Source of the DNA: Nitrospirota bacterium
GTDB lineage: Bacteria; Nitrospirota; UBA9217
Assembly: GCA_963796285.1 (NCBI GenBank)
Contig: CAWCKW010000012.1
Location: forward strand, 1,991,635 to 2,055,634
Reading direction: 5' to 3'
Length of the DNA stretch: 64,000 nucleotides
Shown here: piece by piece, positions 31,485 through 41,856 of the stretch
Numbering within the stretch: the first letter of the stretch is position 1
How the letters are laid out: every line of letters begins with the position of its first letter
Notes under the pieces: model-generated
The model's input: the letters and a program-made list of their open reading frames with translations, nothing else
Told to the model about the DNA's origin: nothing
Database searches by the model: none
Translations under genes and position numbers: made by a program

Positions 31485-33056
31485 CTAGCGGGGAGAGAAA
31501 TAGGCATAGCCGCCCTTCCCGCTTTCTTTGACGCGATACATGGCGACGTCGGCCTTACTTACGAGCGTTGCCGATTCGTCGCCGTCCATCGGGTAGAGGC
31601 TGATGCCGATGCTCACACCGATGGAACATTGGTTCCCTTTTATAGTGAACGGTTCTGCAATGGCCGCTATGATCTTCCGGGCAACGACGCTCGCGTCCTC
31701 GGCGGCCGCGATCCTGGCGCAAATGCCGATGAATTCATCGCCTCCCATGCGCGCGATCGTGTCAGCTTTCCGCGTGCATGACGTCATCCTCTTCGCGGCC
31801 TCCTGCAGCAGCAGGTCGCCCACCTCATGGCCAAGGGTGTCATTGATGACTTTGAAGCGGTCAATGTCCATGTAAAGGATTGCGAGGACATACTGGTTCC
31901 GCTTCGCTAATGCCAGGAGCTGGTTTATGCGGTCGAAGAACAGCGTCCGGTTGGGGAGATTAGTGAGCGTATCATACAGCGCCAGCCGTTCCAGTTTCTG
32001 CTCCGTAATTTTTCGCTTCGTGATGTCGTAGATGATATACACGATCCCGACCAGGGAACCGTCCTTCTCCGTTATGGGAGAGGCCGAAACGCTGATGTCG
32101 ACTTGCCGACCTTCCTTGCCGGTCCAGATCATTTCGTAATCAAGGATGTTCCCCTTATGCAGGCGGTTGTGGTCTTTCAGAGCGCGAGGCAATTCTATGA
32201 TCGACGACAGGTCTCTGTCAAGAATCTCTGCCTTCTGATAGCCAAGCATCAAGAGAGCAGCATGATTGATGACGCGGACCTTACCTTCCAGGTCGACGAC
32301 GATGACCGTCCCATTCATGGTTTCGAGGACCTGACCGGCGGCAAGCCCCGGCGTGATGTCGACCAGCCGATATCGCATGATCACGCGCGCAGTTAAAATA
32401 AGAAAGAAGCTAAATGCAATGAATCCAAAGGGGTATAACGCAACGCCAAAGGCCGCAAGAAAGTCAAAGGATGCCAGAACCGCGATACTGAAGGCGATCA
32501 GCAGCCCTTTTAACCGGTTCTTTCCCCTATTATTTGTACTGCCCCGATATCCGAGCCAATAGAGTCGAAGAACATAAATCACAATGCAGGAGAAGTATAA
32601 TAAAAAGAGAATGCCCAGGGGACCGTACTGCGGGTAGTATCCCCAGAAGTAATGGTAAACTCCCCGGATATGCAGATCGGTGAAGGCAGCGCCGAGACAG
32701 AAAAGAGTTGAAAGAGCGAAAGTGATCCGGATAAACCGGCGAAATTCATCCGCCCGTTGAACAAGGGTAAAGGCCAGAAGCAATCCTATCGCAGGGATGA
32801 AGGTTACCCCCATCTGCGCGAATCTCATCCAAAAAAGCGCCTGGGTCTTTTGAAGACTCGCGTACATTACGCCGAATGCAACGAGCCATATACTGACGCA
32901 CAGCGTAAACAACCAAAAGACCATTCCGATTCGCGAACCACGCTCCCTGATGAAGACATACGTTCCTAGAACAGCGATCGCCGCGCCCACGAGCATCGAT
33001 GACGCCGCGTGAATCGTAAATGAATAATTGTCGGGATTCAGTAATTGTGTGATCAT
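31485..33056 (-). CDS. diguanylate cyclase with multi-TM sensor and PAS domain
   Basis: ~7 TM N-terminus, PAS (...DITKRK), YDTLTNLPNR, RKAD I-site, GGDEF. Confidence 0.9.
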   Translation of the reverse strand: MITQLLNPDNYSFTIHAASSMLVGAAIAVLGTYVFIRERGSRIGMVFWLFTLCVSIWLVAFGVMYASLQKTQALFWMRFAQMGVTFIPAIGLLLAFTLVQRADEFRRFIRITFALSTLFCLGAAFTDLHIRGVYHYFWGYYPQYGPLGILFLLYFSCIVIYVLRLYWLGYRGSTNNRGKNRLKGLLIAFSIAVLASFDFLAAFGVALYPFGFIAFSFFLILTARVIMRYRLVDITPGLAAGQVLETMNGTVIVVDLEGKVRVINHAALLMLGYQKAEILDRDLSSIIELPRALKDHNRLHKGNILDYEMIWTGKEGRQVDISVSASPITEKDGSLVGIVYIIYDITKRKITEQKLERLALYDTLTNLPNRTLFFDRINQLLALAKRNQYVLAILYMDIDRFKVINDTLGHEVGDLLLQEAAKRMTSCTRKADTIARMGGDEFIGICARIAAAEDASVVARKIIAAIAEPFTIKGNQCSIGVSIGISLYPMDGDESATLVSKADVAMYRVKESGKGGYAYFSPR

Positions 33057-33298
33057 GAGTTCATCGCTCGGGCAGCGTAGGGTAGAATAGAGAACTGGTC
33101 TGTCTTGATCGACTCCGGAAAGTTGATACGGTGAGTGCTTTCCGTCCCTCCAGGGCTGATAACAGCGTCAGCAGAATTTTTTTGCTTCGACCACTAACGG
33201 TAATTTATCATTTTTTCTGATTATATCATAATTGCTGAGTCGACGACCTTGATAGAGCGTCAGAGCTTTCCTTGTGCTTTCGGGCAAACAAACACGAT

Positions 33299-33436
33299 AT
33301 CAAACTGATTTTACTATCACTTGTTCTTTTATGTCTCATTCCAGCGCTTGCAGGCTGCGCTGTGGTGGGCTTGGAAGGTCCCGCAGCAGTAAGCGGCGGC
33401 GCGGCCGGTGTAGACTATACCTTCACGCTCACTTGA
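33299..33436 (+). pseudogene. truncated lipoprotein gene remnant (IKLILLSLVLLCLIPALAGCAVVG...GVDYTF)
   Basis: signal peptide with LAGC lipobox but no start codon; ends at the convergent gene. Confidence 0.4.
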
Positions 33437-33989
33437 TCACATCCCGTTGCTTGCAGAGGATCTTATAGAGTGATTCAGAATTTGATTCCGGACCGACGTG
33501 GATCCATTTTCCAATATCTGAGCTGGTCTCTGTCCCGCCATTATTCTTATAATTGATCGTTGAAAGAATTCGGAACTTTTTTGCCGTGCAGTCTAATTCA
33601 TAAAACACTTTTAGTTCTGGTTTGATCACGTCGTAATTACCCGCAGCTTCCCACCCTATTATTCGCATGTTGACGTCATAACCCGGTTCAGGCTTAGGGT
33701 TCGATAAAAAATAGGGAGGGACATACTTGTCTTTGATCATACGTGCCGCTTTTTTAGCAACTTCTTCCAGGTTCACTATCCTTTCCACTTCCGCATGGCT
33801 GATACATCGTGTCCACGCCTTAACAGAGCCATCTGGGAAACGTTTAATGCTCTCAGCGTCATAATATGCGATCACGGCATCGCCCTTTGACAGATCGCCT
33901 TCTCCATAAAATTTCCAATCCGCCCCTTGAGCTTCTGCACCATGTAGAAGAGTAGTACTCAGTAATGCTATAAATAATAACCTTTTCAT
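33429..33989 (-). CDS. secreted hypothetical protein (surface-adhesin E-like)
   Basis: signal peptide, ADWKFY, YYD.ESI, ELDC..KK.R, W....P.S..E.L....C. Confidence 0.65.
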   Translation of the reverse strand: MKRLLFIALLSTTLLHGAEAQGADWKFYGEGDLSKGDAVIAYYDAESIKRFPDGSVKAWTRCISHAEVERIVNLEEVAKKAARMIKDKYVPPYFLSNPKPEPGYDVNMRIIGWEAAGNYDVIKPELKVFYELDCTAKKFRILSTINYKNNGGTETSSDIGKWIHVGPESNSESLYKILCKQRDVIK

Positions 33990-34087
33990 CTCCCCTCCTG
34001 TTTTATGTACTTGTCGCAATTTTCATATGCCGCTTACCGTTGATGTTAATTTGCCGGTGATCCGCCCGCCATTTGTCGTTCGCCCCT

Positions 34088-35437
34088 TCAGTGCGTGTGC
34101 GCATCGTTCTTGAGCTGTTCGTGGACGAAAATGATGTGTCCGCGCAGCACATAGAATTGGTCCGCGAACGACGCCGGTACTTTCATCTTGTTGACCTCCG
34201 TCTCGATCTGGTCGATCCGCCCGAGCAATGCTTCCCTTTTCGCGGACGCCGGGTGCGCCATCATGTCCCGTTCGAGCGCCAGCAGTTCTCGATACCACCG
34301 GTAGATGCGCATGCGGATCCGCCATCGATAAAGTGCGGGAATGATCCGCAGCACCGGGAAAAGCACGATGACTGCCGGCACGAAGACCACGAGGACACGG
34401 TTGAGCAGACTTGCCGCCCGGAACGGAAGGTACCGGTAGGCAAAGCCCTTGCCCGATTTGTAGTAACGCAGCGCATCGGCACTCAAGCGGAATTCATGCT
34501 CCAGCGGGACCGGAAATTCGCCCCGGCGTTTGAACAGGCCCGCTTTCCCATGAACTTCCTGCGCCGCCTCGATCAGCAGATCGGACAACGCGGGATGCAG
34601 ATCGGCCCGTGCAATAAGCTCGACCGTGGGGCCGATCAGTTGGACATCGTGACGGGGGATGTCCTTTCCCAGATCGAGGGAGCCTTTCGGCAGATCCAGC
34701 TTGTTCAAATAGCTGATGCGGCGCGTGTAGCCGTCGGCCTGGGTGAAGTCAAAAAGCCGTATCCCCGGCGTCCGCAAGAGCGTGCGCATGACCTGAGTGG
34801 ATGAGGCATCTCCCATTACGAACATGGCGTCAATTTGACCCTTCAGAAGCTCCTTTTCCGCATCTTCCGCATCCAGGTCCCTCAATTGGGTCGCGCCGCC
34901 GGGTTCAATGCCGTTGGCCTTGAGGAGGACCAGCGAAAGTGAGCGGGTTCCACTGCCCTCAGGACCGATGGAGAGCCGCTTACCGTTCAACTGGGAAAGC
35001 AGGTCCAGGGGCGCCGCGCTCCGGTAGAAGATCAGAAACGGCTGATAGTACACACTGCCGAGAGAAACAAGCTTTTCAATATTCATTTCTGCGGAAAGGC
35101 CGCCCTGCACAAATCCAACGTCGACGCGGGACTTGGGATCGATCAGTCTTTTGAGGTTTTCGAGCGAGCCCTCGGACAGAAGGATATTCAGCTTCACGCC
35201 TTTGCGCGCCAGTATCTTTGCATACCTCTCGGCATTCACCTGGGAAACACTGTCCTCGGGACCGGTCGTCATGGTAATAGTGGTAGGCGGGGCCGAGTAA
35301 AAGAACCAGAACACGGCAGAGAGGACACCCAGGCTGAACACAAAAATGACGGTGAGCGATACAACGCGACTGAGCCCGAATAGCTCCGCAAACATGGACT
35401 GGATCCGGGTGAACCCGGTTTCGTGACGTGTCCTCAT
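34088..35437 (-). CDS. TAXI-family TRAP solute-binding protein, membrane-anchored type
   Basis: GSLENL..L, GFVQGG, IGPEGSGT, LHPAL, RYLPF; TMs near both ends. Confidence 0.85.
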   Translation of the reverse strand: MRTRHETGFTRIQSMFAELFGLSRVVSLTVIFVFSLGVLSAVFWFFYSAPPTTITMTTGPEDSVSQVNAERYAKILARKGVKLNILLSEGSLENLKRLIDPKSRVDVGFVQGGLSAEMNIEKLVSLGSVYYQPFLIFYRSAAPLDLLSQLNGKRLSIGPEGSGTRSLSLVLLKANGIEPGGATQLRDLDAEDAEKELLKGQIDAMFVMGDASSTQVMRTLLRTPGIRLFDFTQADGYTRRISYLNKLDLPKGSLDLGKDIPRHDVQLIGPTVELIARADLHPALSDLLIEAAQEVHGKAGLFKRRGEFPVPLEHEFRLSADALRYYKSGKGFAYRYLPFRAASLLNRVLVVFVPAVIVLFPVLRIIPALYRWRIRMRIYRWYRELLALERDMMAHPASAKREALLGRIDQIETEVNKMKVPASFADQFYVLRGHIIFVHEQLKNDAHTH

Positions 35438-35552
35438 GATCCCAACCTCTTTCTCTTTTCTCATATCCCAGGCCTTTCAGGGGTCAAGGCTCATTTACAA
35501 CAAATGCATTTAATCGTGATTCGATCCTGTTGCTTTCTTAAAAAAGCCATTA

Positions 35553-35630
35553 TTTACCGCAGAGACACGGAGAAATGCACCTTGAAATAATGAGGATTTT
35601 CTCTGCGTCCTCTGTGCCTCCGCGGTTAAA
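35553..35630. repeat. intergenic palindromic element (ACCGCAGAGACACGGAG...CTCTGTGCCTCCGCGGT)
   Basis: imperfect inverted repeat; related element at 41705-41786. Confidence 0.6.
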
Positions 35631-35786
35631 TTCGACTTATTGCGATTCCATCAATCTTGATACGATCTTTAAAAGTCGTTCTTACACGAAGATCACGAAG
35701 CCTCTTCAGGGTCTAGTCTCTTTCGTTGTATTTCCGTCATCAGCAGCGTAAGACCCGGATCAGTTCTTAACCCCAGGGGGTGCTTT

Positions 35787-35875
35787 ATGCAATTGTACAC
35801 AGGAATTGATCTACATTCAAGCAACAGTTATCCGGCGATCATGGATGAAACATGGCTAGCGAGCGTTCAAGCGAA
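35787..35875 (+). mobile_element. IS110-family transposase N-terminal remnant
   Basis: MQLYTGIDLHSSNSY.AIMDE matches the IS110 DEDD N-terminus (GIDLH); RBS present; similarity lost after ~25 codons. Confidence 0.65.
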
Positions 35876-35910
35876 CGGCAACCCATCGGTTCTCCGCTGA
35901 ATCTGCGTGG

Positions 35911-36478
35911 TCATTCCGCTGCGAGGCGGACCAGGCGAAACATTTGCGCGAGCGCGGGGAGCTGATAGCTCGCGTTCAGTCCGCTCGGGTTCGGCAGGAC
36001 CCAGAGCTTCGCTGTGCCGATGCGCTCCTCCCGGGGTCCGAAGCCGGCCTTCGGCTGCCCGAACGCTGTGCGAAATGCCTGAAGACCGAGGACCGCCACA
36101 ATATGGGGACGACAACGCTTGATCTTTGCCGCAAGGAGCCGGCCGCCCGCCTGCAGTTCTTCCTGATCGAGCTCCGCTGCTGATGCGGTCGACCTGCTCA
36201 CGATGTTCGTAATGCCGTACCCGTATTGTATCAGCTCCCGCTCTTCACGCGGCAAAAGCTGCCTGCGAGTGAACCCCGCCTTGAAAAGAACAGGCCAGAA
36301 GCGGTTCCCCGGCCGGGCGAAATGATGCCCCACAGCGCCGGAATACAAGCCGGGATTGATGCCCACGAACAGGACCTTCAGTCGGGGAGCAATGATATCC
36401 GGGACCGTCTTTCCGTAGGCTGCCTGGAGATCAGCCTTCGAGGGTTTGTCGGTCTTTAATAGTAATGTTCTTTTTCAT
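35911..36478 (-). CDS. mug: G/U mismatch-specific DNA glycosylase (apparent 1-nt indel just after the ATG at 36478)
   Basis: VLFVGINPG, GHHFARPGNRFW, GITNIV.R, VLPNPSGLNA. Confidence 0.88.
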
Positions 36479-36522
36479 TCTCTTCGGCTTTGGAGTAGGT
36501 TTGAGTCTTTACTTCTTTCAAT

Positions 36523-37255
36523 CCCCCCATGCGAAAATTTAGGCAGGCGATTGAGTCCGAGGGTGAAGCATTTCGGATGTCCGAAGCCCGAAGGGCAAGT
36601 TTCCGAAATGTACTGAGGACGACCGAGCACGCCGTAAAGAATTTTCGCCGGGTGCACTTCTTTGGGTCACCTTTCTTGGGCACGCAAGAAAGGTGACAAG
36701 GCTGAAGCAAGCCCCTGCCACGAAGTGCACGATCCTTGTTTTTTTTCTGCACCCCAGTTCACAGGTCCGCGCAGACATGCACTGATGTTACCAGTTATCA
36801 CCCTCTTCTGCTGTCGCAGCGCTCCACCCTCGCCATGTGAACAGGGCTCGGCCGCGTCTGCCTGGTCTTGTGGGTTAATTATCATTATCGAGCATCGCAT
36901 GTATGTGCGCGAACCTGTTCATGGGATGCAGGGGGTTTTGGAAAGGCAGAAGGATTTGGGTAACATCTGCTCCACGATGTTCTTTGAGCCCCCCATGCGA
37001 AAATTTAGGCGGGCGACCGAGTCCGAGGGTTAAGCATTTCGGACTGTCTGAGCCCGAAGGGCGAGTTTCCGAAATGTACTGAGGACGACCGAGCATGCCG
37101 TAAAGAATTTTCGCCGGGTGCCCTTCTTTGGGTCACCTTTCTTGGGCACGCAAGAAAGGTGACAGAGAAAAGCCAAAACACTTACCAGAAAGTCATGATC
37201 TTTGTTTTTTCTACACCCCAGTTCACACGTCCGCGCAGGCATCACTGATGTTACC
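36523..37255 (+). repeat. structured composite repeat, array 1 (full copy 36523-36944 plus 3'-truncated copy 36989-37255)
   Basis: near-identical to copies at 43.6-44.7 and 46.5-47.3 kb. Confidence 0.92.
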
Positions 37256-37260
37256 CGATA

Positions 37261-37815
37261 CTATCCCAACCTTTTCATAATATAGCCCAGCACGCCGTTC
37301 AGGTCCTGAAAAAGTCCGAACCCGTTGCCCGCGCAGGCCCTGTTCCAGGGGAACAGCAGCCCTGCGGCCAGGACCCCGCTCTTGATCGCCTTTTCGAGCG
37401 TCTGGGGCGCATCGTCCACGATAACGTCGGCACGCCCGAAGAGGATTGTCTTGTCAAAGGAAAGATGAAGTTCATCGTAGGGCAGCCTGTGGCGGGCGAG
37501 CCATCTTTCCGTCGGCTGTCTCGTGGCTTCCTTCCGGTGGCTTGCGATGATGATGTCAAAACCCTGCACCCGCAGGGACGAGAGAAATGATCTCGCTTCA
37601 GGGTATGGCTGGTATTGGTCGCTGTCCTGTTTAACGTGGACCGCGCTGATGGCGGCGAAAAATTCCTCGTCAGAACAATAGCCTTCGTAGAAGTTGAAGA
37701 GCGACCACTGATCGGGGGTTGGAAAGTTTGCATTGATCTTCTTCAATTCCAGATAAAATGCATCGCAGAACTGCCACAGGGTATTGTCTATGTCGATGAT
37801 GGCTGTTTTCTTCAT
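37261..37815 (-). CDS. HAD-superfamily 5'(3')-nucleotidase-like protein
   Basis: DIDNTL, IIIASHR, FDK, IVDDAP. Confidence 0.75.
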   Translation of the reverse strand: MKKTAIIDIDNTLWQFCDAFYLELKKINANFPTPDQWSLFNFYEGYCSDEEFFAAISAVHVKQDSDQYQPYPEARSFLSSLRVQGFDIIIASHRKEATRQPTERWLARHRLPYDELHLSFDKTILFGRADVIVDDAPQTLEKAIKSGVLAAGLLFPWNRACAGNGFGLFQDLNGVLGYIMKRLG

Positions 37816-37938
37816 GGTGCGCTCTGTTGTCCCGGATTCGTCATATCACGCAATTTCAGCAACAACGCCCCCTCTACTGGTGAATGGAGAATGTCAAAAT
37901 TAAAAACCGTACCCTATGATGTTTTGGGAGACAACCTT

Positions 37939-38253
37939 TCATTCGATCGAATTGTCAAACCGCACGACCCTGAGATGTCCCGGCGCGGTTTTGGCCGGTC
38001 CCTTTCCGGAACAACCTCCTGCTATCAGGAACCGTTCCCGGATCGTCCTCAGGAACCGCGGCGTGTAGATGAGCTCGAACACATCATCCTTGCCCGGGAA
38101 AAGGTTCCGCGCGGCCTGCCGCGTGTTCTTCAGGATATCGAACGATTCCCGAAGCGTCAGGTCCGTCTGCTGCATGAGTATTGCATGGTTGATGTCCACG
38201 ACAAACCGCAACATCCGCAGTCTTCTCTCTTCTTCCTTCAGTGCCTCGCTCAT
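37939..38253 (-). CDS. conserved-looking hypothetical protein
   Basis: EEERRLRMLR...LFPGKDDVFELIYTPRF; GGAAGG RBS. Confidence 0.7.
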   Translation of the reverse strand: MSEALKEEERRLRMLRFVVDINHAILMQQTDLTLRESFDILKNTRQAARNLFPGKDDVFELIYTPRFLRTIRERFLIAGGCSGKGPAKTAPGHLRVVRFDNSIE

Positions 38254-38480
38254 ATGCCTTCCTTGAAAATGCCGTATCTGTCTTTGGTATGATACCGCGG
38301 GGTTGTTCTTTTTTCAAGAGCAGAGGTGAAGAAGAAAGACACAGCGATTTAGTGCGAACCTGGAAAGGCCGACAAAAAAGGACTGACCCTAACTATTCCG
38401 GGCAGTGCTATAATTTAATAAAGACTGTTTGAGCAATACGGGCACATTGTGCCGAATTGAATAAAAAAGGGGATGACGAC

Positions 38481-39143
38481 ATGAAGATAACTAAAATCGG
38501 GATCGTGGGATCAGGTAATATCGGAGGAACTCTCGGAATTCTGCTCGCCAAGGCAGGGTACGAGATCATCTATAGTTCAAGGCATCCTGAGACCCTCAAG
38601 GACCTTGTGAGGATAGCCGGGCCCAAAACCACCGCCGGGAGCGTCGCAGAAGCGATCGCCTTTGGCGATGTGGTCGTGCTCTCGGTTCCGCTTAAGGCCT
38701 TGCCGCAGTTTAACGCAAAAACAAAGGAGGCCCTGAAGGGGAAGATCGTGATCGACACGTCCAATCCTTATCCTGAGAGAGATGGCGTGATCGCGGTGGA
38801 GGCAAGAAAAGAACCGGGCGGCATGGGCGTTTTTGTGTCCCGTCTTCTGCCGGGTGCACGAATAGTAAGGGCGTTCAACACGGTTTATTTTGAAGACCTG
38901 AAAAAAACAGTTACCAAAGACGGTGAAAAGATCGGGATTCCCATTGCCGGCGACGACCAGGAGGCTATGAATGTTGCCGGCGAGCTTGTAGAGCATGCAG
39001 GTCTTGATCCTGTTGTCGTAGGAGGCTTGAGCACATCAAAATTGTTCGATGTGGGAACAGCGGTGTACGCTACGAGCGCTCCGGCAAGAGTAATAAGGGA
39101 GAAAATAAACGTAAAACCCGCCGAATCAAGGCGCGCGGCTTAG
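38481..39143 (+). CDS. second F420_oxidored-family NADP oxidoreductase
   Basis: KIGIVGSGNIG, IDTSNPYP, VRAFNT, AGDD. Confidence 0.85.
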   Translation: MKITKIGIVGSGNIGGTLGILLAKAGYEIIYSSRHPETLKDLVRIAGPKTTAGSVAEAIAFGDVVVLSVPLKALPQFNAKTKEALKGKIVIDTSNPYPERDGVIAVEARKEPGGMGVFVSRLLPGARIVRAFNTVYFEDLKKTVTKDGEKIGIPIAGDDQEAMNVAGELVEHAGLDPVVVGGLSTSKLFDVGTAVYATSAPARVIREKINVKPAESRRAA

Positions 39144-39159
39144 CCTCAAGGGAGGTGCA

Positions 39160-39381
39160 ATGAACAAGATAGAGAAAAAAGAGATCGCTCCCGATGCTGC
39201 CAGGTTGTTTGAGGAGGAAGTTCGTGGCTTGAAACCTGATATCTCGCGCAATGCGCTGTGCGATCTGGTTAATGATTATATTTATTATCAAACGGATGAT
39301 ATGGGCAAGGAAGAAGCCCGTGCGATAGTCGATGTAACCTGCAGATCAGGCGCGAAGAAGACTAAGCAACGTTCTTCTTAA
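39160..39381 (+). CDS. small hypothetical protein, paralog of 19071-19265
   Basis: GGAGGT RBS; shared DAARLF.EEVR.L.PDI.R..LC..V..YIYYQTDD. Confidence 0.75.
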   Translation: MNKIEKKEIAPDAARLFEEEVRGLKPDISRNALCDLVNDYIYYQTDDMGKEEARAIVDVTCRSGAKKTKQRSS

Positions 39382-39480
39382 GCTTCCAGACAACCTGCAC
39401 ACGTTTATGGCCGCATCTTCGTAGCCTGCTGTTGCCATAACGCGGTTACAGGCAAGAGCAGGGTGTAAGGGCCGCCTTAG

Positions 39481-39620
39481 GGGACATGCGGGGTTGGGGT
39501 AAAGCTATTTGATTCTGCCTTTCCACTGCGCCGGGTAGCTCTGACGCGAAAGACGCGCATAGCAATGCTGCACAGATCAAAATCGAAGATCGATACAAAT
39601 GCAATTAGATAGTGACCCCT
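39481..39620 (-). repeat. dispersed element, inverted partner of 42943-43098
   Basis: reverse complement of 39481-39533 matches 43046-43098 at 48/53 nt. Confidence 0.75.
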
Positions 39621-39874
39621 CTTAAAAAGTTCAGAAGATCGAAAATCAATAGTAAATACCTTACCCCGTAAACTCCGCAATCCGCATTCGGAAATCCGAA
39701 ATCCCGCGCCCTCCTCTGCTGACTCACAATAGTCCCTTGATTCTTATCCCCGGTCATTATATAATGCAGGGATTCAATGGGCGAAGTCATCCTGATTTTA
39801 TAAAACAGAGGCGTTCCAAGCTGACGGTTCAGTACCCCTGAGGGGATAACTACCAAGGAGTAATACCTGATAAC

Positions 39875-41653
39875 ATGGCGTTAACCGGAGATTTAGAACA
39901 TCTGAACATAGTGGACATTATTCAGTTGATCCACGCGACGCGGCAGTCCGGCATTTTTTCCGTCAAGGGAGCCAACGGGGAGAGCAGGATCGTTTTCAGC
40001 GCCGGAGATATTGTCGGTGCAAATCATATCGACAACAGCGTTCGCATCGGGACCGTCCTGGTAAAGACGGGCGCCATAACGATCGACGATGTCAAGCAGG
40101 CAATGGGCGTCATGAAGAACGCGGAATATAAACGCATGCCGTTTCTCGCTACTTTGGTACAGTTGGGCAAGCTGAAGCGGGAAGACGCTCTGAGAGGATT
40201 GAAAAAGCTGGTCGAGCTGACGATCGTTGAGCTGATGAGCTGGACGAAAGGCACATTTACGTTCGACACGGACGCGGTCGTCCTTTCTTCCGACGGAATG
40301 CAGAAGCTGAGTGTCGATGCCCAGATGGTTTTGATGGATGCACTTCGCATCTCCGACGAGCGGGAACGCGACCGCCGGGAGGGGAAAAAAGTGCCTTCCT
40401 TTGTGGAGCTCTATCCCGATGTCATCCCCGGGGAAAGCGCCGGTGAAGCAAAAGGAGAGGGTTCGGTTGTTACCGCGGACGATCTCGGGCTTGCCGACCT
40501 CGACCGGCTTGAGAAGAAGATACCCCGGCCTGTTGCTGAAATGGAGATCTTTGATCCGATCGCGATCCGCCGCCGGAAAATAAAGGAACTGCTCCCGGGT
40601 TTTTCTTCCGACGAGCAGGAGGCATTTGTTGCTTTTCTGAGGAAATCCCCGGACCGAAAAGATGGGCCCGACGCTGCGGCGAAACAGGCCGGCAAGGCCG
40701 TCGTCCTGTTCAGCAATGATACGCTGATCAGTCATTCAGTTATGTCTCTCTGCAACGACGCGGGAGTGCTCGTATTTGCTACAGACGACGAAAAGGATCT
40801 CGACCGGATGGTATCGCAGTGCCTCCTTTCCGCGAGAATGCCTGTCGTTGTCTTCGACAATCCCACGAAACCGGAGGCCGGGTTTTCCCGCGAAAAGATC
40901 GCGGGCCTGAGGAACCAGGTGAGGGGAACGTACCCCGCGGTTCCCGTGCTTCAATTCGCCTCTCTTCAGGATAGCGATTTTATCCTTCAATCGTACCATG
41001 ACGGCGTGAGGGCCGTTCTCCCCAAGCCGTCGAAAGAAGACCGGAGACAAACGTACATCCAGGATACGATACAGTTCCTCGACGTGTTCATGTCGTATGT
41101 CAAACATTTTCAATCAGGACACGATGATGCCGATATCTATGTCAAGAAGCTGAAAGACGGCATCCAGTCGCTTCGCGGGCTCACCAACCCTGCCGATGCC
41201 GCACTCGTGGTTCTCACGGCTGTTTCCGAGATGTTCGAACGCGCGGTCACGCTGGTCGTCCGTGCTTCGGAATTGATCGGCGAACGGGCCATCGGGATCG
41301 GTTCTGAAAAAAGCAGGGGGTCTACTCCGGCGGGCGGGCTGAAGGTCCGGCTCTCAAAACCATCGGTGTTCCGGGACGTTGTCGAAAAAGGGAGGGTCTA
41401 TTACGGAGAGAGCGGCGACGAAACGCTCAGGCAATTTTTTACGGAAATAGGCATGCCGCTGCGTCCCACCATAGTTCTCCTGCCCTTGATAAGCGATCGG
41501 AAGGTCATAGCGGTGATCTACGGGGATTTCGGGCCGAAGGAGGCGTCTCCCGTGCGGCTCGATATGCTCGAGATCCTTGCCCAGCAAGCGGGCATTGTTC
41601 TGGAATATGAGCTTTTCCGCAGACAGGTGACGAAAGCGGCGCAAAAACCATAG
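39875..41653 (+). CDS. DUF4388-domain protein with receiver-like and GAF-like domains
   Basis: MALTGDLEHL..VDIIQL, W.KGTFTF, VLMDALR..DE; C-terminal LLPL...VIAVIYGD. Confidence 0.8.
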   Translation: MALTGDLEHLNIVDIIQLIHATRQSGIFSVKGANGESRIVFSAGDIVGANHIDNSVRIGTVLVKTGAITIDDVKQAMGVMKNAEYKRMPFLATLVQLGKLKREDALRGLKKLVELTIVELMSWTKGTFTFDTDAVVLSSDGMQKLSVDAQMVLMDALRISDERERDRREGKKVPSFVELYPDVIPGESAGEAKGEGSVVTADDLGLADLDRLEKKIPRPVAEMEIFDPIAIRRRKIKELLPGFSSDEQEAFVAFLRKSPDRKDGPDAAAKQAGKAVVLFSNDTLISHSVMSLCNDAGVLVFATDDEKDLDRMVSQCLLSARMPVVVFDNPTKPEAGFSREKIAGLRNQVRGTYPAVPVLQFASLQDSDFILQSYHDGVRAVLPKPSKEDRRQTYIQDTIQFLDVFMSYVKHFQSGHDDADIYVKKLKDGIQSLRGLTNPADAALVVLTAVSEMFERAVTLVVRASELIGERAIGIGSEKSRGSTPAGGLKVRLSKPSVFRDVVEKGRVYYGESGDETLRQFFTEIGMPLRPTIVLLPLISDRKVIAVIYGDFGPKEASPVRLDMLEILAQQAGIVLEYELFRRQVTKAAQKP

Positions 41654-41704
41654 ATACCAGAATGTGTCTTTGCCTAACCGGAAAATCAGTAAATTAAACC
41701 TTTG

Positions 41705-41786
41705 AACCGCCAGGGCGCAAAGGTCGCGAGGAAAATGGAAACAAGGCAAAATCTTTTTTTTCCATCCTTCGCGTCATCGCGGTAAA
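41705..41786. repeat. intergenic palindromic element (ACCGC...CGCGAGG...CTTCGCG...GCGGT)
   Basis: imperfect inverted repeat of similar style to 35553-35630. Confidence 0.5.
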
Positions 41787-41856
41787 TATTTTCTTACCGT
41801 TTTGAAAGATTTTCATTTGTAACTGGCCAAGATAGAACGCGGAGGTGCAAAGTACC

